Part shown: one piece after another, positions 1-8,971 of the stretch
How the letters are laid out: the number at the start of each line of letters is the position of its first letter
Numbering within the stretch: the stretch's first letter is position 1
Source of the DNA: an uncultured Planctomycetaceae bacterium
GTDB lineage: Bacteria; Planctomycetota; Planctomycetia; Isosphaerales; Isosphaeraceae
Reading direction: 5' to 3'
Length of the DNA: 64,000 nucleotides
Assembly: GCA_963833985.1 (NCBI GenBank)
Contig: CAWIAD010000002.1
Location: 3,776,001-3,840,000 of the forward strand
Translations under genes and position numbers: made by a program
Notes under the pieces: generated by a model
Told to the model about the DNA's origin: nothing
Seen by the model: the letters and a program-made list of their open reading frames with translations, nothing else
The model's database searches: none

Positions 1-66
1 GGGCTGAGCGCAGCAGGTTCCGCTCCGAGAGTCGCCCGGGACGAGTTATCGCAGCCGCAACGACGC

Positions 67-1033
67 TCATGGCCCCGTGAGCACGGGCGCGGCGGGCGGG
101 TCCGCGACGAACTTCCGAGGCGGAGGGATCTGGATCCGGGTTGCGCCGGTCTGCACCACCTGGGCGTCCGCGCTGCTGCCCGGGCCCTTTACCGCCTCGG
201 GACGGGAGGGACCAGGCATGCCGGCCGCGGCGACCTGCTGGGCCTCGACGCGATCAAGCTGGGCCAGCGCCGGCGCGCCAGGGTCAGGCTGGGGCGTAGC
301 GCCAGGGCCTGCAAGTATTGCTCGCGCACAGGCCGATCTGTCCGGTGGCTGCCAGCAGGAACCCGAGGTTGGCGTGGCCGATGGCGTCGCCGCTGTACTG
401 GCTGAGCAGTTCGAGGGCCTCCTTGTTCCGGCCGGTCGCGGCAAGGGTGAGGCCCATGTTGGTCTTCAGCTTCACGTCATCGGGTGCAATCCGCGCACCC
501 GTCTTGAGCGTCCGTTCGGCCTCGGCCCAGCGCCCCTGGAGGTAATAGCTGTAGCCGGCATCATTCCAGACCCGGGCATCGCGCGGGCTGAGCCGGAGCG
601 CTTTCTTGTAATGCATCTCCGCCTGGGCGAAACGGCCCAGGCGGTCCAGCGCGTTGCCGATCCTGCGATGTACCAGCGCCTCGTCCGCATGGCGGCTGCG
701 GCCGATGCCGTGGTGTTCGCAAGCGGCCAGCGCCTGCTGGTATTCCATGAGGGCCGCCTCGGGATTTCCCTGTGTCTCGAAGACGCGTCCCAGATCGATG
801 TGGACGTGGATGCGCTGGTCCGGGGTGACATCCCTGCGAAATCCGTTGGGATCGTAGGCATTCGTCAGATCGACCGCGACGGTCCCCGGCGCGGCATTCG
901 CGGGGGTGGCGGGCGGCTGGCTGCTTGCGTCTGCCTGCTTCCGCGGGGGATCGGCCCAGGCGGTCGAGCAAGCCAGCGCGGTCGCAAGCAGGGCCAGAGC
1001 GAAACACCAGGCAGGGTTCGCATGGCGGGGCAT
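67..1033 (-). CDS. TPR-repeat protein, TadD-like pilus assembly factor (frameshifted near 270-330)
   Basis: Signal peptide (MPRHANPAWCFALALL) followed by TPR helices (AEMHYKKALRLSP, WNDAGYSYYLQGRWAEAE). Two single-base shifts restore QIGL-REQYLQALALRPSLTLAR-ALAQLDR and lead into ORF 67..444. Lies downstream of the secretin gene. Confidence 0.7.
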
Positions 1034-1088
1034 GGAGATCGGCCGTGGGCAACCCGGCGCGGCACCGCGGCATCGTGGTACTTTCATG

Positions 1089-1742
1089 TCATTGTGCTCC
1101 CGCACCGCGGCCATAGGCGTAAGCCGCGTTCTGAGGTGTTGGCGGGTAGGTGATCCCGGCTTGCGAGCTGCGCACCAGCACGGTGTTGAAATTGTTACTT
1201 GCCTCCGTACCCATGGCGCCAGGATAACGGGACGGGCCAATGAGCACGCGCTCGGGAACGATCGGCTGGCCGGCCTTCTGCATGGTCAGCAGGATGGCCT
1301 GCCGGCGCGACTCGGCCAGCCCGGGCTCGTCCGGAGTCCATTCCACGACCACCGGGCCGAGCCAGCTGGCCAGCCGCGAGTACATGAGATTGAAGCGGTA
1401 AGCGCCCGTGGGAGAGAACTGGTTCGTGCCGGGCAGAAAATCATCCCGATACAAGGTGAAGCGGTGCGGGTCTGCCTTGGCGACTTGCATAGTCATCTGT
1501 TCCCTTACAAAATATGTGATCGGGGGCATGTTGAAGGTTTCGGGATAGCCGATCCACTTGTCCTGCAACGTGGCGGCGGAGTGATGCAGCCAGCGGTGCA
1601 AGATGCCCTTCCGCTCCTGGGCCTGCGGGCCCGGCACAGCGTCCGGCGGCTGCGCCCTGGCGACCGCCGCGCCGGCGGCCAGGCCGATGGCGATCGCCAT
1701 ACAGGACCAGCGGGCAAACCGTACCTTCGTCGTTTCCATCAC
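1089..1742 (-). CDS. Exported protein, possibly OmpA-like/CpaD-like pilus accessory
   Basis: Signal peptide ending AVARA-Q. The segment DFLPGTNQFS...VVVE...LAESRRQAILLTMQKAG resembles the OmpA-like pattern. Lies between the secretin and TPR genes. Confidence 0.6.
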   Translation of the reverse strand: MMETTKVRFARWSCMAIAIGLAAGAAVARAQPPDAVPGPQAQERKGILHRWLHHSAATLQDKWIGYPETFNMPPITYFVREQMTMQVAKADPHRFTLYRDDFLPGTNQFSPTGAYRFNLMYSRLASWLGPVVVEWTPDEPGLAESRRQAILLTMQKAGQPIVPERVLIGPSRYPGAMGTEASNNFNTVLVRSSQAGITYPPTPQNAAYAYGRGAGAQ

Positions 1743-1852
1743 AGTCTCCCTCGAGCGGGCCTTGCCCGTGTTCGCGCCGGGTCAATGGATCGGATCATCC
1801 CCTGGACGTGGGGCCGGCGTTTCCGAGCCGCACGATTCTGAAAGACCGGACG

Positions 1853-4027
1853 TCAATCCGCGTAACCATGAGGTCCCATGACCCATTGCTGTTCGCTCTG
1901 GAAATGCTTCATCAGCCGTAGCGGGTCCTGGTCCGCGACGGTCGCACGGAATTCCCGGCCCAGCTTTCCTTCCATGCGGCCGAGAAAATAAAACTCCGCA
2001 TCATTCGGCTGAAACACGCGGTCGCCGGGAGCTTCCAGCACTTCTTGCCTGTCCAGGGGCGCGACCAGCTCTGGCGTCACCAGAATCATCGTCTCGGTTT
2101 CGACCGTGGTGAGCTGAACGTTGCTGAACCAGTTACCGACCAGTGGCAGGTCGCCGAGCCCGGGGATGCGCTGGGACACTCCAGTGGACCGAAGCTGGAT
2201 CAAACCGGCGATCGCCAGTGTCTGTCCCTCCCTCAGCTCCACCACGGTCCGCGCGCTCCGCTCGAGGATTGCCGGAACGGGTCCGTTGTTCACGACGGTC
2301 CCCTGCGAAAAGTCGAGCGAGCTGACCACGGGCTCGACATCAAGCCGGATCACGTCGTTGGCAAGGATCTGTGGAATGAAGTTGAGGATGGTACCGAAGC
2401 GCTGGAACTGGATGGTGACCACTGCCGTGCCGCCGGGGACGGAAGAGCTCTGGGGCACCGGGAATGGGAAGAGCCCGCCGACCAGGAACCGCGCCGGCTG
2501 CGAATCGAGGGCCACGAGGTTTGGCTCGGCCAGGATCTTGGCCAGGCTGTTGACGCGCAGGGCGTTGATGAAGAGCGAGAAGTGGCCGGAATCAAAGACG
2601 CCGAAGAGCTGACCTCCACTCGAGGCACTGCCGTCAGCACTGAAGGTGGAGGTGACCGGCGACAGGAGGCCGATCGGGCTCGACGTATTCACAGCGTGGC
2701 TTGCGGCCGCCGTTCCCGAGACGCCACCGATCCCACCAGCGGCCGATCCGATGATCGACTTCCCCTTCGTATCCAGCCAGCTCACGCCCACCTGCCGCAA
2801 CGCCTGCCGGTTCAGCTCGGCGATCTTCACGTGCAGCAGCACCTGCCGCGGGCCAGGGATGATCACCCGGTTGATGACGGTCAGCCCCATGCCGCCACCC
2901 ATTCCCCCGCCCATGCCGCCACCCATTCCCCCGCCCATGCCGCCGGCTCCGCCTCCCATGCCGCCACCCATGCCGCCGGCTCCGCCTCCCATGCCGCCAC
3001 CCATGCTGCTGGTCCCACCTCCCATGCCGCCCATGCCTCCGCTCATCGCACGGAAGCCGATGCTCGTCCGGATCGATCCGATGATCACCTGGAGGATGTC
3101 GGACATCATCTTGGAATCCGGCACCTGGCCATCGAGGATGACCTGTCCACCGATCTGGCGTACCTTGACCTGTGCGCCCGGGAATGCCTGGTTGACCCGG
3201 GTCTCCAGTTCCTTCGTATCGAGGGTCACGCGGACAAGGAATGAGACCGGCCGGTTGCTCTCATCCCAGATGATCAGGCTGGTCGTGCCGAAACCCTTGC
3301 CGGTGATATTCAAGAGTTTGGCCTCCGGCTGATCCGAGAGGATCTCGACGTCGGCCACGGCCGGGTTGGCCACAACAAGCCGCGTCAGGCTGTGGCGGAG
3401 CTGGACAACCTTGGATTCCCCGGACACCAGTGCAATCTCCGCCTCCGGCTCCTTCACGGTTTCGATCATATTGACGACATCCCGGGCAACGTCGCTGTTT
3501 AGCCGGCGAGGGATGGCTCCTGGAGGACGTCCGGGGACCAGCCCGGTCGTGTCCCGCCGGAGCTGGATCAACCTGGGCCGAGCGGCTCCCTCGCGGGAGG
3601 GTGCAAACGGTCCTGGCAGCGGGTCGATCGGAATCACCCTGGGAATTGCAGAAGCTGGAGGAGGAGGAACCGCTCCGCCCTGGCCTGGCATCGGCGCAGG
3701 CATGCCGACCCTGGCCTCAATATCCTGTCCCGGCCCTGGCGCAGGCTGCTCGATGGCACCCGCGGAGGGGCCGATCAGCGTACTGGTTGATGAATTTGAC
3801 GGCGTCCCGCCCGCTCCGCCACGTTGCAAAGGAGGTGGGGGCGGTGGCGGGATGGTGATGATCTTGGTTTCCGAGCTCTGGGCAACTGACCGGGGAGCCA
3901 CCGTGAGCAGAACCACTGACACGCTCAGGAAAAGCAATGATGGCCGGAACCATAACTGTCGACTGGTTCGGCCTTTGCGGGTCCAGAATTCCGTCATCTG
4001 TGACTTGCCCCTGGCCAGCTTCGGCAC
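1853..4027 (-). CDS. cpaC: CpaC/RcpA-family secretin (Tad/Flp pilus)
   Basis: Pilus N-terminal domain (LVVANPAVADV..GKGFGTTSLIIWD), BON-like domain, and secretin motifs (QVLLHVKIAELNR, KILAEPNLVAL, TVVELREGQTLAIAGL, IPGLGDLP, LVTPELV). The start may be the later Met at 3997. Confidence 0.85.
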   Translation of the reverse strand: MPKLARGKSQMTEFWTRKGRTSRQLWFRPSLLFLSVSVVLLTVAPRSVAQSSETKIITIPPPPPPPLQRGGAGGTPSNSSTSTLIGPSAGAIEQPAPGPGQDIEARVGMPAPMPGQGGAVPPPPASAIPRVIPIDPLPGPFAPSREGAARPRLIQLRRDTTGLVPGRPPGAIPRRLNSDVARDVVNMIETVKEPEAEIALVSGESKVVQLRHSLTRLVVANPAVADVEILSDQPEAKLLNITGKGFGTTSLIIWDESNRPVSFLVRVTLDTKELETRVNQAFPGAQVKVRQIGGQVILDGQVPDSKMMSDILQVIIGSIRTSIGFRAMSGGMGGMGGGTSSMGGGMGGGAGGMGGGMGGGAGGMGGGMGGGMGGGMGGGMGLTVINRVIIPGPRQVLLHVKIAELNRQALRQVGVSWLDTKGKSIIGSAAGGIGGVSGTAAASHAVNTSSPIGLLSPVTSTFSADGSASSGGQLFGVFDSGHFSLFINALRVNSLAKILAEPNLVALDSQPARFLVGGLFPFPVPQSSSVPGGTAVVTIQFQRFGTILNFIPQILANDVIRLDVEPVVSSLDFSQGTVVNNGPVPAILERSARTVVELREGQTLAIAGLIQLRSTGVSQRIPGLGDLPLVGNWFSNVQLTTVETETMILVTPELVAPLDRQEVLEAPGDRVFQPNDAEFYFLGRMEGKLGREFRATVADQDPLRLMKHFQSEQQWVMGPHGYAD
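2885..3045 (-). repeat. Gly-Met tandem repeat inside the secretin gene
   Basis: Repeated (GGM/GGGM/GGGAGGM)n coding units, including a duplicated 24-nt unit and a duplicated 33-nt unit. Confidence 0.85.
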
Positions 4028-4154
4028 AGTAAACCTCTGAATTACGGGGGGTTACGTTAGCGAACCCGTTCCAGCGAGACCACGGCCGACAACGTTGGGG
4101 TCAGGGTGAGGATCGTCTTGATTAGACCGATCGCACGGGTTCTGACGCATAATT

Positions 4155-4172
4155 CGGCATTTCGGATGCCAC
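4155..4172. promoter_or_regulatory. Palindromic GG-N10-GC (sigma54-like) motif readable on both strands
   Basis: Plus strand CGGCATTTCGGATGCC and minus strand TGGCATCCGAAATGCC, in the spacer between two divergent genes. Confidence 0.3.
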
Positions 4173-4299
4173 GCCTTGATCGGATCGCGGAAGATCTTGG
4201 CTTCAATGACCTTGTCGGCAAGGAAGTCGAGACTGGAGAATGAGGCCCTTCCGGCGGCAGGGGATTCCATGACAAGCAGCCGGTGAACCAGGGATCGCG

Positions 4300-5181
4300 A
4301 TGAGCATGAGCCGGCAGGCGTTCGAGATCGAGACCATGGATCGCGACCTGGGCGGTGGATTACTGCCGGGAACGCTGACCGTGATCGCCGGAGCGACCGG
4401 AATCGGCAAGACCCAGCTCGGCCTGCGCTGGGCCGCAGCCGGCGCCCGCGCGGAGGGCGTGCCGGGCCTGATTTGCGACCTGACCAGCCGGGGCGATTCG
4501 CAGAACCATCTCAATTACGCGCGCAGCCAGTTGCACTGGGAACTCGCCACGTATCCGCTCTCGGCGGCACCCGTCTTCGAGGATGCCTGGGACCCCGGCA
4601 AGCCGCTCGGTTCCTATTTTCATCCCATCGAAAGGGCGGGCCGCCGGGTGAGCCGGTCCGACCTCGAGCCCGAGGCCTGGCACGAGTGGAAATCCGAGAT
4701 GGCGCGGGTCCTTCGTTGTGCCGTTGGCTTCTTCTACCAGCACTTTGCTCGTGGCGCCCGGCGTGTCGTCTTCGACGGTCTGGAGCCGGCCGAGCGCTTC
4801 AGCGAGTCGATCCAGTTCGAGTTTTTCGAGTACATCTACCACCACGTGTTGCGCAAGGACAGCGACTGGGCCGCGCGGGAGTGGCTCCGCGAAAAGTACC
4901 GGGCTCATGCCCACGAGGTCGCCCAGCACGCCTACGACCACCGCCAGATTGGCTGCGTGTACCTCTACACCACGCCGGAGGTCATGCTCGACGACCTGCT
5001 CTCCCGGCCCATTGGACAGGGTGACATCTTCTCCAACGCCAACACGATCATCCTCATGGGCCGCACCCGCCACGACGGGCGGATGGGGCGGGCGCTGGCG
5101 GTGACCAAGCATCGTGGCAGCAGCCATGGCGAGGAGATACTCCCTTACCGGATCACGGAAACGGGCCTGGTTTTCGACTGA
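4300..5181 (+). CDS. Single-domain KaiC/RAD55-like RecA-superfamily ATPase
   Basis: DRDLGGGLLPG lead-in, Walker A GATGIGKT, Walker B RVVFDG, and C-terminal RALAVTKHRGS...PYRITETG. Confidence 0.85.
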   Translation: MSMSRQAFEIETMDRDLGGGLLPGTLTVIAGATGIGKTQLGLRWAAAGARAEGVPGLICDLTSRGDSQNHLNYARSQLHWELATYPLSAAPVFEDAWDPGKPLGSYFHPIERAGRRVSRSDLEPEAWHEWKSEMARVLRCAVGFFYQHFARGARRVVFDGLEPAERFSESIQFEFFEYIYHHVLRKDSDWAAREWLREKYRAHAHEVAQHAYDHRQIGCVYLYTTPEVMLDDLLSRPIGQGDIFSNANTIILMGRTRHDGRMGRALAVTKHRGSSHGEEILPYRITETGLVFD

Positions 5182-5265
5182 TCTGCTGCGGGGCGTTCAC
5201 TCCCGCATCAGCGGTCGGCGCCAGGGTGGCACCGGACTTCACCCAGCTCTGGAGCGAACCTCAGC

Positions 5266-6210
5266 ATGAGCGATCCGAAACCCAGGCCCGAAGATCGGAA
5301 TGCGTCGGAAATCGGCGCGGCCGAGTGGCTGTTTCAGGAGCCGGCCCCGCCCCGGAGCAACGAGCGCGGCGAGGCGGTGATCACTCCCCGGTCCGGAGCA
5401 ATCGAGGAGTTCGAGGTGCTCGGCGTCTCCGAGCCGGACACCGCCCCGGAAGGCTCGCCGGTCGCCCCCGAGCGTCCCGCGGGGCCTCGGCTGGCTGCCG
5501 GCCGTTCGCCGACACCGCCGACTTTGGGGCCTGAGGCCGCCGGGGAGTCAGGCGCAGGAAGCGCCAGCCGCTCTCGAATGGTCGCTCCCGAAACGCCCGC
5601 GGTCGAGCAGGTCTGGTCACGCGCCAGCGAGTGGGGACAGACGCTGGCCGTGCTGGCCGCCTGGCTCGTGGCCGTGCTGTTTCTGGCCTATTTAACCCTG
5701 GGAGCGGAGTGGTACGCGTTCACGGCGCTGCTGCTGGCTTTCGGCGGCCTGGGTGCCGTGTTGCTCAGCTATCCCATCCTGATCACGCTCGAGCGTCCCG
5801 TGCGGATCACGCCCGAGCAGGCCGCGCGTGATTTTTTCAGCGCGCTCTCGCACCACCTGCCGCATCATCGCCGGATGTGGTTGCTGCTCAGTACCAGGGG
5901 GCGCGTCTCACCGCAATTCGCATCGTTCGAGGGCTTCCGGAACTACTGGAAAGGGCGGCTCCAGCAACTGCGCGAGGGTCACGCCGGCCAGTACGTGCCG
6001 CTGTCGTTCCAGGTCGGGGAGTTCCAGGCGGAGAAGAGCGCAGGGAAGACCGAGATCGATGCCCGGTTCCGTTTGCGGGTGTTCGTTCGAGGACGCCGCG
6101 ACCAGGGCCCGATCTGGAGCCTCGTGCTCCGGCGCAGCTTCGTTCGCGGCCCGGATGGCATGTGGTACATGAACGACGGAACGCTCTCGGATCGCACGCC
6201 GGAAGCCTGA
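5266..6210 (+). CDS. Hypothetical membrane protein (disordered N-terminus, two TM helices, C-terminal globular domain)
   Basis: Two hydrophobic segments (TLAVLAAWLVAVLFLAYL; FTALLLAFGGLGAVLL). Co-oriented with the ATPase. Confidence 0.7.
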   Translation: MSDPKPRPEDRNASEIGAAEWLFQEPAPPRSNERGEAVITPRSGAIEEFEVLGVSEPDTAPEGSPVAPERPAGPRLAAGRSPTPPTLGPEAAGESGAGSASRSRMVAPETPAVEQVWSRASEWGQTLAVLAAWLVAVLFLAYLTLGAEWYAFTALLLAFGGLGAVLLSYPILITLERPVRITPEQAARDFFSALSHHLPHHRRMWLLLSTRGRVSPQFASFEGFRNYWKGRLQQLREGHAGQYVPLSFQVGEFQAEKSAGKTEIDARFRLRVFVRGRRDQGPIWSLVLRRSFVRGPDGMWYMNDGTLSDRTPEA

Positions 6211-6246
6211 TTGACAGGTCGCTCACCGCCCACCCGGAACAGCGGA

Positions 6247-7923
6247 TCAGCCGGAATCTCCTGCCTTCCACCACCGCCAGCGGAACGCCACGTAACTGAT
6301 TGCCACGAAGACCAGGCTGAGCGGCGGATAGATGGCAAGGAAGATCGCCCAGACCGGCAGCGCGATCTGGGGCGTCAGTTGAATCAGGATTGGCGGCGGG
6401 ACGTTGAGCGACTGGCTGCTCCAGTTCTCGATCCGGCTGGTGTGCATGGGGACGCTGAGCGCGGCGGAAAACGGACTGGTGATTGTGATCGCGGCCAGCC
6501 GCTCGGGAGTGAACGACCTCTCCTGGCTGATTCCCTGAAGATACCAGCTCAGCCCCATGGGCAGTACGAAGAGCACCAGAAGCATCAGGTAAGTGAGGAT
6601 CATGGCCGTGGAGGTTCGCCGCACGAGCGACGAGCACATGAGCCCCACCGATGACGTGGCCAGGCACGTCGTGGCGATGATGAGCATGAACACGATCAGG
6701 GTCCAGAACCGGAATCGCAGTTCCTGGAGCAGGACGTATGCCAGCAAGAGCTGCTCGGTGAGCAGGAACGTGAGCACCGTGGAGACGCGCAGCGCGGCGA
6801 TCAGCTTCGCCAGGATGATGCGCCCCGGCGTGAGCAGGGTGGTCAGCAGCAAGGCCAGCGTCTGCCGCTCGCGCTCCTGAGTGACGCTGCCCGAAGCAAA
6901 GACCGGTCCCACAAGCAGGTTGAACGTGAGAACGTAGGACACGTAATAAGCTGTTTTATCGGACCGCAGGAAGAGCAGCCCGGCCATGAGGGGAATCGAC
7001 AGGAGCATGCTCACCTGAATCACCACCCGGAGCATGAGCGTTCCCTGGCTGAAGATCTCGCTGCGCAGCTCCTTGTCGAGGACAGGGTTGGTTCCGTCCG
7101 GCATGAGATCGACCCGCTTGGCCGGTGCGAACAGCTTGTCCGGGAAGAGATCGCGGTCGATCACCACGCCGATGGCGTACTTCATCTCTTCTTCCTCGTC
7201 GACGACGTCTTTCCCCTCGCTGCCCACGTCCGGGGGATGCAGCAGCCGGCGGTTGATGAGAATTTCGAGCACGGTCCAGAGTGCCAGGCACCAGGGGGGT
7301 AGGATGGCGATCGAAACGAAGTCGCGCACCACCACGTCGTCGGTACGCGTCAGCGCCACGCAGCAGACCGCCAGGGGAAGCGTCACCAGGTAGCTCACGA
7401 CCAGCGATGAGCTCGTCCGCCGGAAATAGCTGGAGCAAGCGACGCTCAGCAGTCCGAAAGTCCCGGCCGCCAGGATCAATACCAGGTAGCTGCGGGTGAT
7501 CTCCGAGAGCAGGAGACCGCCCAGCAGGTAGCAGAGGATCATCAGCGGCAAGCTGGAGAGGATGAGGATCACGAGGTACGAGAGCGAGCTCAGGAGCTTG
7601 CCGATGAGAATGGTCCCCGGGCGCAGCGGGCTGGCCAGCAGCATCTCGTAGGTCTTGCGTTCCTTCTCACCGGTGATGCTGCCGGCGGCAAACGTGGGCG
7701 CCATCAGCGAGACCAGGAAAAACTGGCCCAGGAAGAAGATGTCGAACAGGCGGCGGGCCACGCCGGGGCTCACCTGGCGAGTCCCATCCTCTCCTGCCGG
7801 CCAGTAGAAATAGACCAGAGCGCCCAGCGCGGCCACGTAAACGAGCTGTAGCACGAATGCGCGGGGCGATCGCAGGGTGACCAGCAGTTCGCGCGTCAGT
7901 ACTGGATTATCGCGGAAGAACAT
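6247..7923 (-). CDS. ABC-2-type transporter permease, internally duplicated
   Basis: Two copies of the module NPVL..EL...(A/S)GS(I/V)T.E(K/R)ER.T..LL..(P/L)L.PG.I..(G/A)KL. Start placed at MFFRDNP. Confidence 0.85.
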   Translation of the reverse strand: MFFRDNPVLTRELLVTLRSPRAFVLQLVYVAALGALVYFYWPAGEDGTRQVSPGVARRLFDIFFLGQFFLVSLMAPTFAAGSITGEKERKTYEMLLASPLRPGTILIGKLLSSLSYLVILILSSLPLMILCYLLGGLLLSEITRSYLVLILAAGTFGLLSVACSSYFRRTSSSLVVSYLVTLPLAVCCVALTRTDDVVVRDFVSIAILPPWCLALWTVLEILINRRLLHPPDVGSEGKDVVDEEEEMKYAIGVVIDRDLFPDKLFAPAKRVDLMPDGTNPVLDKELRSEIFSQGTLMLRVVIQVSMLLSIPLMAGLLFLRSDKTAYYVSYVLTFNLLVGPVFASGSVTQERERQTLALLLTTLLTPGRIILAKLIAALRVSTVLTFLLTEQLLLAYVLLQELRFRFWTLIVFMLIIATTCLATSSVGLMCSSLVRRTSTAMILTYLMLLVLFVLPMGLSWYLQGISQERSFTPERLAAITITSPFSAALSVPMHTSRIENWSSQSLNVPPPILIQLTPQIALPVWAIFLAIYPPLSLVFVAISYVAFRWRWWKAGDSG

Positions 7924-7980
7924 GGCGTTTGGCCTGTGCTGGATGACGTTGCTCTGGGTCCCGCGCGAACGCACCGCGCA

Positions 7981-8910
7981 TCAGCTCACAATTCCCTTGG
8001 TGATCATCATGAAGACCTCCTCCAGGCTGAGCGGCTCCTCGGCGAACGACTGGACAGAGATTCCCGAATGGATGAGCCGTCCCAGCAGGCGAGCCATGTC
8101 ATCGTCATGTCCCTCGAACTCAGCGCTCACGGTGTGATCGTAGGTCTCGACCAGGCGAATCGAGGGGTCGTCTCGCAGTAGAGCGGCAGCGCGGTCGGTG
8201 CTTTCGTCGAGCAGCCGGACCTTGAGCACCCGGTGCGAGCGGATCTGCTGCTGGATCTCCTGGATGCTTCCCGCCGCCAGCAGCCTGCCGCGCTCGATGA
8301 TGCCGATCGAGGTGCAGAAATCGGCCAGCTCGGAAAGAATGTGGCTGGAGATGAGGATGGTCTTCCCCATCTTGCGGAGCTCACCCAGCAACGCCTTCAT
8401 CTCCAGCCGCGCCCTCGGGTCGAGGCCGGAGGCCGGCTCGTCGAGGATGAGCACGGGTGGGTCGTGGACCAGCGTCTTGGCCAGGCAGAGCCGTTGCTTC
8501 ATTCCTTTGGAGAGACCGTTGACGTAATCGTCCCGCTTGTGCGTCAGATCGAGCAGCTCGAGCACCTCGTTGATGATCTTCTTGCGCGAGGTGCGAGGGA
8601 TCTCGTAGGCCACGGCGAAGAAGTCCAGGAACTCCCAGACCTTCATGCCGTCGTAGACCCCGAAGTCGTCGGGCATGAAGCCGATCACACGCCTCACGGC
8701 CATCGGGTCGGCCGTCACCGAGTGGCCCGCCACGCGGCCCTCGCCCGAGGTCGGACGCAAGAGCGTGGCCAGGAAGCGGATCGTCGTGCTCTTGCCCGCG
8801 CCGTTGGGGCCGATGAACCCGAAGATCTCTCCCTTCCCGATGGAGAAGCTGAGGTCATCGACGGCCACGAACTCGCCGTACCGCTTGGTGAAGTTGAGCA
8901 CCTCGATCAT
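7981..8910 (-). CDS. ABC transporter ATP-binding protein
   Basis: GPNGAGKST, LSKGMKQR, LILDEPASGLDP and ISSH motifs. Confidence 0.95.
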   Translation of the reverse strand: MIEVLNFTKRYGEFVAVDDLSFSIGKGEIFGFIGPNGAGKSTTIRFLATLLRPTSGEGRVAGHSVTADPMAVRRVIGFMPDDFGVYDGMKVWEFLDFFAVAYEIPRTSRKKIINEVLELLDLTHKRDDYVNGLSKGMKQRLCLAKTLVHDPPVLILDEPASGLDPRARLEMKALLGELRKMGKTILISSHILSELADFCTSIGIIERGRLLAAGSIQEIQQQIRSHRVLKVRLLDESTDRAAALLRDDPSIRLVETYDHTVSAEFEGHDDDMARLLGRLIHSGISVQSFAEEPLSLEEVFMMITKGIVS

Positions 8911-8971
8911 CGATCAGCCTTCTTCCCTTGCAGCCATGTTTTCGCGGTTTTGCGACATGCCCATGCGTACT

